DNA from: an uncultured virus (IMG/VR IMGVR_UViG_3300005290_000006)
Taxonomy: Duplodnaviria > Heunggongvirae > Uroviricota > Caudoviricetes
Reading direction: 5' to 3' (one strand)
IMG/VR virus record: IMGVR_UViG_3300005290_000006
Span: 62,001-126,000 of that record
Length of the DNA stretch: 64,000 nucleotides
The notes beneath the pieces were generated by a model, which searched no databases, was not told where the DNA came from, and saw only the letters and a program-made list of their open reading frames with translations. Below, piece by piece: positions 57,860 through 64,000 of this stretch (positions are counted from its first letter, which is position 1; every line of letters begins with the position of its first letter). Position numbers and translations under genes: made by a program.

Positions 57860-60190
57860 ATGCAACAAAATAACGGTGGTCCCAGCAGTATGATTCGTCC
57901 AGGAGGCGGAGCGACAGTAGCCGTCCCGCAAATGGGCGCAAACAATATGGCTGCACGAACAGCAATGGGCGGCACCATGATGGGAGGTGCGATGGATCCC
58001 ATGGCTATCTTCCGTCAGATGGTGGACGGGGGTGGTACTTCCGCCGCAGCTGGCGGGATCAAGTGGGAGTCGTACGGCAGTGGTGGCATGTACGATTCGG
58101 GCATGCAGGAGATCCTTAATTCCTCAGGCCCGGATCAAGATTCGATGCAGTACCACGCTTCGGCTGTGGTGCAGTACAACGTAATCTTCATGCAGCACCT
58201 TATCTCGCGTTCCGGTAAGTTCTACGAAGTATACCGGCAGACGGTGGAAAGCTTCCGTCGTAATGAGCAGGGTCACCCATGCCCTGTGCGAGATGCATTT
58301 GTCACCATGTTCAATCGTCACCAGGAATTTAACCGCCCGGTGGCGATTGCAGCCGCTCCATTGTTCGGCTGGCGTCTGATCCACATCCGTCAGGAAACTG
58401 GCCGTGAGGATCTGAACGCCTCGCAATATCTGGGCGCAGCAGAGATCGCCATTCGATCCGTCCTCTTTATGGAGATGGTCAACTGGATGATGAAAACGAA
58501 CGAGGGTCAAATCCACGCTCGTCAGCTGCCGAAAGACCTGGCAATCAAAATGCCAAACCTGGACAAGTACAACGACGTGATCAATGCGGCGTGTGCGGTG
58601 TTCGGTATTAACAATCCGTACGCGGGTATCAAGTTCGAAGTCAAAGCAGCCGTACGCAGCGACTTAGCGAACAACCGTTTTGAACAGGGCGCAGAATACC
58701 TGTACAGCAACGGTATGGGCATGACGGGTCAATCCGATATGTCCGAAGGCAAAGATATGTGGGCAATGATTCAACGTAATGCTCGGGACTGGCGCGGTGA
58801 AGCACCAACCCGTAACGTTGCCGAGCCGCTGGATTCGCTGTACGCGGCTGAACAAAGCTGGAACAAAATCCGTAACGACCTTTCCAACCTTACACCCAAA
58901 AACAAAGAGGAGTTCCACCTCGGCCGCTTCTTCCACTATGTTGGTAAACTGAATCACTACATGATCCCAGAGACCGACTGGAAGAAGATCCAACACGCGT
59001 TTGTGAAACACCCAGAGATGGGGAAAGAGGAAACCGTTCTACCAGGCTGCTTCCGGATCGTAATTATCAATCTGGATACAGACTCAGGATGGTTCAGCAA
59101 AATTGTCCGGAGTGAGGTCTATGACATGCCTACTGTATTGACTGATCCAACTGTGTTGTTGCCACTGCTCAATGATGACGGTAGTGACTACTTGAAGGTT
59201 GAAGTATCTGCTGTTGAAGACGTAGCCGGCCTGAAGGGCGACAAGCCGCTGGTGGTCTCGGTTGAGACCTGCAACGTTCTGCAAGAGAAAGATAAGGTTC
59301 CAGTGATCACACTGAAGGACCAAATCGTAGCGGCCAGTTCGAAAGAGCTGGAATCCACCATCACCAACGTTAACGCGCGTGTCAGTGCAAATTTCACCAA
59401 AACCAACGCGGTTAGCTTCAACACCAAAGTCTGGGATACGTTCGCCCTGAACCGTCCTGAAGACAAGATCCGTTTGTTCCAGGATCTGCCGTTCTTGTTC
59501 AAAGACAGCAAGATGGAAACCCGCCCAACGTTCTTCTCGGCGTGTCGTCAATTGCTGGACTACTTCAAGCAGGGTATCCTCGACAAAGAACTGATGTCGT
59601 TTATCGATGGCCGTCTGACCACGACGATCAACGATTACTTCATCAATGCCGCCGGCTACGACAGCTTCAAGCACGAGAAGAACTATCTCTCGGTTGACAG
59701 CATCGTGAAGGACTATGAAGACCTGGACGAGCATTTCGAAAAGCATGACCAGATCATGTTCCGAATCCTCAACTCCAGCGACAAACCACACCCACTCCTC
59801 GAAGCACTCAAAATCTTCACGTACGAACATCCGGGCATGCCAGCTGAAGGTGAGCTGTCGGCGATCGAGATGATCAAGTACGAACAGGAACTGGTGTTGG
59901 AGCGTCCGCTGTTCATCACGTTCATCAACAACCGCGGCGGTCCGATCTATCAGGAAGCCAACGTACCCATCCAGCTCAAGCGTAGTACCTTCCCTGAATA
60001 CTTCGATCTGATCGAGAAAGCGTTTGACGGGACCATGGGTGACGCTGAGTTTGATACCACGGACAAAATTGTGTCCTTCACTTCCAGCGACAACTTGTGG
60101 CTGTGGACCTACTCGGCCATCGACAAGAACATGGCGACTCTTCGTCACGTTTCGCGTCGTAGCCCGTTGGTTCTGCTGACCCTGGACTAA
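57860..60190 (+). CDS. Large hypothetical protein with Met/Gly-rich N-terminus
   Basis: 776 aa; cotranscribed with the nvRNAP subunit. Confidence 0.75.
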   Translation: MQQNNGGPSSMIRPGGGATVAVPQMGANNMAARTAMGGTMMGGAMDPMAIFRQMVDGGGTSAAAGGIKWESYGSGGMYDSGMQEILNSSGPDQDSMQYHASAVVQYNVIFMQHLISRSGKFYEVYRQTVESFRRNEQGHPCPVRDAFVTMFNRHQEFNRPVAIAAAPLFGWRLIHIRQETGREDLNASQYLGAAEIAIRSVLFMEMVNWMMKTNEGQIHARQLPKDLAIKMPNLDKYNDVINAACAVFGINNPYAGIKFEVKAAVRSDLANNRFEQGAEYLYSNGMGMTGQSDMSEGKDMWAMIQRNARDWRGEAPTRNVAEPLDSLYAAEQSWNKIRNDLSNLTPKNKEEFHLGRFFHYVGKLNHYMIPETDWKKIQHAFVKHPEMGKEETVLPGCFRIVIINLDTDSGWFSKIVRSEVYDMPTVLTDPTVLLPLLNDDGSDYLKVEVSAVEDVAGLKGDKPLVVSVETCNVLQEKDKVPVITLKDQIVAASSKELESTITNVNARVSANFTKTNAVSFNTKVWDTFALNRPEDKIRLFQDLPFLFKDSKMETRPTFFSACRQLLDYFKQGILDKELMSFIDGRLTTTINDYFINAAGYDSFKHEKNYLSVDSIVKDYEDLDEHFEKHDQIMFRILNSSDKPHPLLEALKIFTYEHPGMPAEGELSAIEMIKYEQELVLERPLFITFINNRGGPIYQEANVPIQLKRSTFPEYFDLIEKAFDGTMGDAEFDTTDKIVSFTSSDNLWLWTYSAIDKNMATLRHVSRRSPLVLLTLD

Positions 60191-60201
60191 GTAACCGAAC
60201 A

Positions 60202-60234
60202 ATAACTCAGGGGCCACCAAAGCCCCTGAGTTAT
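60202..60234 (+). terminator. Stem-loop
   Basis: ataactcaggggc..gcccctgagttat. Confidence 0.8.
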
Positions 60235-60287
60235 GTTTGCTTCATCTTTCTTTCTAACACAACACCCTTTATTTAGAGGCAACCAAT

Positions 60288-60497
60288 ATGTCACCAGAAG
60301 CAAAAGCACTGGATAAAGAACTAAGGCGTATGCACACCGAATCACCGTTCCCACCTACCGTCAAAGTTACTTGGGTCGAAACAATAGCGGGTTGGTTCTT
60401 CACGGCATTGAGCACCCTTATCCTCATGGCAATGGGTGGGGCTATCACAGTAGCCTACCTCGCGCATGCTGGCTGGATCCAATTCGCTAGCTTGTAG
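60288..60497 (+). CDS. Small membrane protein
   Basis: GAGG RBS; hydrophobic C-terminal half. Confidence 0.65.
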   Translation: MSPEAKALDKELRRMHTESPFPPTVKVTWVETIAGWFFTALSTLILMAMGGAITVAYLAHAGWIQFASL

Positions 60498-60517
60498 AAA
60501 AGTTAACTTACAGTTTC

Positions 60518-60546
60518 TTTCAGACCTATATAACTCAGGTAGTAAG
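60518..60546 (+). promoter_or_regulatory. Putative early promoter, copy 4
   Basis: TTTCAGACCTATATAACTCAGGTAGTAAG. Confidence 0.55.
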
Positions 60547-60593
60547 TAATACAAATAAATTCTTTCCTACCCTGATAATACAAGGATTTGATC

Positions 60594-60962
60594 ATGACTT
60601 CTTTCAACGAAAACCTGCGTAACGCTTCTGCCCAAGCTGCTCGTGAAGACCGTGCTGCTTCTTTCCGTGGTGTGCGTAACGAAGGCCTGGCTGTATCTGA
60701 AGTCGCCGGTGTACTGGGCGGCCTGATCGGCGGTGCTGCTGTATACGCTCAAGGTGGTTCTCCGGTTGCTGCTCTGGCCGGCGCTGTGTGCGGTGGCCTG
60801 GGTGGTTACGCCGCAGGCAACATGATGAGCCCAATCAGCAACCTGACCACCAGCACCAAAATCCTGACCGGCATCGGCGCAGGTTGCTTTGGTATCAGCG
60901 TAGCCGGTCTGGCTGCAAGCATCGTCGAAGCATTCAGCGGCAACACCCCTGACGCTCAGTAA
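60594..60962 (+). CDS. Glycine-zipper membrane protein
   Basis: GxxxG repeats GVLGGLIGGA and AGAVCGGLGGYAAG; about three hydrophobic helices. Confidence 0.75.
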   Translation: MTSFNENLRNASAQAAREDRAASFRGVRNEGLAVSEVAGVLGGLIGGAAVYAQGGSPVAALAGAVCGGLGGYAAGNMMSPISNLTTSTKILTGIGAGCFGISVAGLAASIVEAFSGNTPDAQ

Positions 60963-60978
60963 TGAGCTAGGTGGTGCA

Positions 60979-61008
60979 AGGGGCAGTTACGGCTGCCCTT
61001 TATTTTTG
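60979..61008 (+). terminator. Intrinsic terminator
   Basis: gggcagt-tac-ggctgccc followed by a T tract. Confidence 0.75.
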
Positions 61009-61034
61009 TTTCTTTCAATCCAGAGGAATACAAC

Positions 61035-61772
61035 ATGTCACTTGGTAACCACAATCCTTTCGCTGGTATGAGCGATGCACAGCTGTCGGTTGAACTGATC
61101 CAGTTGGTAAAGTTCTCACCACTGACCGACAACGGCCAAAAGCTGCTGATGGTAATCGGTCAGCGTCTGAGCGGTGCCGCTTACCCAACTGAAGAGCAAG
61201 CCAAACCGGCCGGACACAATACTTTCATTCGTGGTATTAACCTGGCAGACCGCGATGACACCAACACCATCTGGGAGCGCGTGACCAACCTGGTTAACGA
61301 AGTCACGTTCGATTCCAAGCTGGAGGCGTCAACGGCGGATGGTGATAGAACCAAACATGCGATCCTGGCGGCAATCGATAGCCGCGTCAGTCAGGACCGT
61401 CTGTCCCGCGCTCAGGTGTATGTGCAGGTTAACAAAGACCTGTCCAACTGGCGTGTGTTGGTGGACATCCCTTCGCCGGAACTCACCGGCACGATCATCC
61501 GTCACTACATCTGCAACAGCGGTATCTATTACGCCTACCCCATCGAGTTCCGCAACTCCCCAGTTCCGCCAACCCCGTTCAGCCTTATTCCGCCGTCGTG
61601 GAGAAATGACGAGAAGTGGGAAAGTATCACTGTCGACTTCGACTCCAAAGACGTCGTCCATTACTTCACCACCCCAAGCTCGGGCAGGGCGACCGGCGCT
61701 TACATCTGTGATTTGAAAGGCGCTACCAAACTGCGTTATGACCCTAACACCGGTGCTGGCTCCCCGCTGTAA
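61035..61772 (+). CDS. Hypothetical protein with shared N-terminal module
   Basis: GAGGA RBS. Confidence 0.75.
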   Translation: MSLGNHNPFAGMSDAQLSVELIQLVKFSPLTDNGQKLLMVIGQRLSGAAYPTEEQAKPAGHNTFIRGINLADRDDTNTIWERVTNLVNEVTFDSKLEASTADGDRTKHAILAAIDSRVSQDRLSRAQVYVQVNKDLSNWRVLVDIPSPELTGTIIRHYICNSGIYYAYPIEFRNSPVPPTPFSLIPPSWRNDEKWESITVDFDSKDVVHYFTTPSSGRATGAYICDLKGATKLRYDPNTGAGSPL

Positions 61773-61778
61773 CAACAA

Positions 61779-61835
61779 CCTCTAACTCTATTTTGTAACC
61801 CAAGCTTTAATAGAGTTAGAGGATTTTCTTTTCTT
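61779..61835 (+). terminator. 14-bp inverted repeat with T-rich tail
   Basis: cctctaactctatt..aatagagttagagg. Confidence 0.7.
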
Positions 61836-61856
61836 TACCCCTGGAGTTTTTCTAAC

Positions 61857-62423
61857 ATGACACTAAAACACAAACCACTCCACAAGCTGACCAATGCCGA
61901 ATTGGCTGAGAAGTTAAACGATGTCGTTCAGTACTCGGTCCTGAGCGAGCTGTCGCAGCAAGTGCTACGCCACGTTATTTACCGGTTAGAGTCTTCCGAT
62001 CTCTACGGGGACGTGCTGGATTCCAAGACGTACGAGAAGAACACTCAGTGTGTCATGGACCTCACGAACTACGCCGGTCGGGATAACTCCCACATTCTTC
62101 AGGTCATCTGTAACTGGCTGAATGACCTGACATCTGATGGTCATATGCCACCTGACGTTGATCAGGCGCAAATGTGGGATGACATGCGGACCATCATCAC
62201 CGACAGTGATCTGGCTGAGCTTCTGCAACCGGGCTTACCGGCAATGTTGTTTGTTGGATCGGGGCCGCGTGGTCCGAAGTGGACCCACGACAACTGGGCG
62301 ATCTGCATCTACCACAAAGACGGCGGTGAGGGTCACATTAGCGGTTTCGCTCACGTGCTTACCAAGGCTTATCCAACCAGAGGAGTGCTTGTTAATGCGG
62401 ATGACTCCAAAGCCGACAGCTGA
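61857..62423 (+). CDS. Hypothetical protein with shared N-terminal module
   Basis: GGAG RBS. Confidence 0.75.
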   Translation: MTLKHKPLHKLTNAELAEKLNDVVQYSVLSELSQQVLRHVIYRLESSDLYGDVLDSKTYEKNTQCVMDLTNYAGRDNSHILQVICNWLNDLTSDGHMPPDVDQAQMWDDMRTIITDSDLAELLQPGLPAMLFVGSGPRGPKWTHDNWAICIYHKDGGEGHISGFAHVLTKAYPTRGVLVNADDSKADS

Positions 62424-62637
62424 CGTAATGAAGTTGTCGAACACTGAGTTGGTTGACCTGCTCAAGTTCTACAACCTGTACGCAGTTTCCACTGGGGGTG
62501 CTCGCAGTCCGTTGGTGATTGATGGTAAATCCATGCTGGAAGAAATCAAACGTCGTCTGCTTAAAGACGAACCGAAACCCCCCACCCCTCCCGTTTCGAT
62601 TCACCCTGAAACTCCAAACAAACTCGACATCATTTAA
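62395..62637 (+). CDS. Small protein consisting mostly of the shared module
   Basis: AGGAG at 62381 and ATG at 62395; KLSNTELVDLL..MLEEIKRRL. Confidence 0.6.
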   Translation: MRMTPKPTADVMKLSNTELVDLLKFYNLYAVSTGGARSPLVIDGKSMLEEIKRRLLKDEPKPPTPPVSIHPETPNKLDII

Positions 62638-62651
62638 CAAGGAGCAACAGC

Positions 62652-63359
62652 ATGCAACAGAAAGCCAACTCACCTTACGGCGAGGCCTACAAGACCACTC
62701 CCATGGAAAAGATCCAATCCACCTTCCGCAAGATGTGGCACTGGGAACCCTTGAAGTTTCCTGAGTACACCGGTTTGCGTGTCATGATGATGCCGGTAAA
62801 GCTCGGTTCCTTGGTAGGTGTTCCAGATCAGTACAAGGGCCTGGTGACCGCGCTGTACGGCATGACCGAGTTCCGCTTCATCGCTGACCAGTGCATCGGT
62901 TACCTCACCATCGACGAGCAGGAACTGCATCCTGGTGAAACCCTGCGTCGTGCAGGTAAACACGTGGATGGCTACTACCACGGTTCTTGCGGTGCGTGGG
63001 GTGGTGGCCCAGGGGAGCCTGGTGGTGGTTGGGGTTCCGTCGGTAACGGTATGTTGACTGTTTCCAGTACCGCTCATTGCCGTGGTTACCTGGGGGTTAT
63101 CCAAGGTACTCCTGGTCCTGAAGGCGAAGCCGATCACCTGATCATGCCAAACCAAGGCACCCTGTTCGGCGCTGGTGATGTGTACTGGGTCGACGGCGCT
63201 GCTGTGCACGAATCGTTGCCGGTGACGGAGATCACCAAGCGTCAGTTCGTTCGCCTCAGCATGCCAAGTAGCGGGCCGTGGTTCGAAGGCTACACGCCGA
63301 ACCCTGACTCGAGCATTCAGCCGACTGGCGATATCCTGCCGCGTCGGGAATTCATGTAA
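62652..63359 (+). CDS. 2OG-Fe(II) dioxygenase-like protein
   Basis: HxD (GKHVDG), distal His (VHES), and RQFVRL 2OG-binding Arg strand. Confidence 0.75.
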   Translation: MQQKANSPYGEAYKTTPMEKIQSTFRKMWHWEPLKFPEYTGLRVMMMPVKLGSLVGVPDQYKGLVTALYGMTEFRFIADQCIGYLTIDEQELHPGETLRRAGKHVDGYYHGSCGAWGGGPGEPGGGWGSVGNGMLTVSSTAHCRGYLGVIQGTPGPEGEADHLIMPNQGTLFGAGDVYWVDGAAVHESLPVTEITKRQFVRLSMPSSGPWFEGYTPNPDSSIQPTGDILPRREFM

Positions 63360-63369
63360 GGATACCGTC

Positions 63370-64000
63370 ATGCAAAAGGGTACCTTGATGTCTGGGGTTT
63401 TCGGCTCCTTGGCCTCGATTCTCGGCAGGGTGGCGAGCGCAAAACCCATAGCCCCAATGGTCGAGTACAACGACGACGGGCAAATCATCATCCACTTAAA
63501 CCAGTTGATTCCTGTTGGTAAGGATTCTTTTAACTTCTCGTATCCGATCCTGCTGGGGTTGATAAGCAGCTGTTTCCACAACGGACACTGGAAGGTCACG
63601 CCTGCCCAGTTCATGAACATCAGAGAGGACATGCAAGAACGCATTCCTGGGTTGATGTGCGATATCGGCGGGTTGTTTGCCCACGAGGTCGACATCATTC
63701 TGGGGTTCCAATTGTCCCCTGCCGCGTATCGTCTGGACCACCGTATTAAAGGTAGTACCGGGCTGATGAAACACACCGAAACTTTTACCTTCGAAAATCT
63801 CGACCACATCCTACCATCCAGAAAGGAAAAAGAATCCATGAACACCAACACTCAAGCACCAAGAACCCACGTCATCCACATCAACCGTTTCCTTGGTCCT
63901 TCGCCTGAACAACGGCAGAGTCTTTTGCAGAACCACCTGCTCAATGAAACCCAGGACTTCTTCGTCGACCAAATCGACGCCTTGGCCGCCTGCCACGCCA
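63370..64000 (+). CDS. Hypothetical protein, 3'-truncated (absent from the ORF track)
   Basis: AAGGA RBS, ATG 63370, frame open to the window end (MQKGTLMSGVFGSLASILG..); in-frame second start with possible RBS at 63838. Confidence 0.65.
   Translation, partial: MQKGTLMSGVFGSLASILGRVASAKPIAPMVEYNDDGQIIIHLNQLIPVGKDSFNFSYPILLGLISSCFHNGHWKVTPAQFMNIREDMQERIPGLMCDIGGLFAHEVDIILGFQLSPAAYRLDHRIKGSTGLMKHTETFTFENLDHILPSRKEKESMNTNTQAPRTHVIHINRFLGPSPEQRQSLLQNHLLNETQDFFVDQIDALAACHA

Noticed and set aside
62137..62394. N-terminal part of the 166-aa track ORF
   Set aside because: It overlaps the 61857 gene; RBS and paralogy support a start at 62395.
1..64000. tRNA, rRNA, CRISPR arrays, IS elements, chimallin, PhuZ, alternative genetic code
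   Set aside because: None recognised by eye; intergenic gaps are short and explained by hairpins or promoters; all three stop codons end genes normally. tRNAscan or Infernal would be needed for certainty.

Overview
This window is the conserved core of a nucleus-forming, phiKZ-related jumbo phage (Chimalliviridae-like). Homolog names come from recognisable motifs plus recalled phiKZ gp65-gp123 gene order, not from database searches. In order it carries: an SbcD/Mre11-like nuclease; the phage-nucleus block (ChmC-like, gp68-like specificity subunit, PicA/Imp1-like import factor, a Met-rich-tailed protein); split non-virion RNA polymerase subunits; an SF2 helicase with a class 3 intein; a small paralog array and an eroded HNH gene; a virion RNAP beta' piece; and a tail-chaperone-like gene. 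It continues with a split family-B DNA polymerase part, a long head/inner-body/baseplate/neck block, DnaB, the major capsid protein, another nvRNAP beta piece, and accessory genes including a 2OG-Fe(II) oxygenase. Best new observations: (1) an in-frame T TTT TTT slippery site joining the tail-chaperone-like ORF to an open -1 frame, a G/GT-type programmed frameshift; (2) a WCT class 3 intein with a half-deleted LAGLIDADG domain; (3) six N bases all at wobble positions within about 90 bp of the helicase; (4) a four-copy promoter motif, three copies of which precede nvRNAP-containing units; (5) a G-x-E head-maturation code; (6) several low-complexity tails on nucleus-block proteins, one ending in an SSB-like acidic tip; (7) an M48-like HExxH membrane protein in the head cluster. 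No tRNA, rRNA or CRISPR array was seen.
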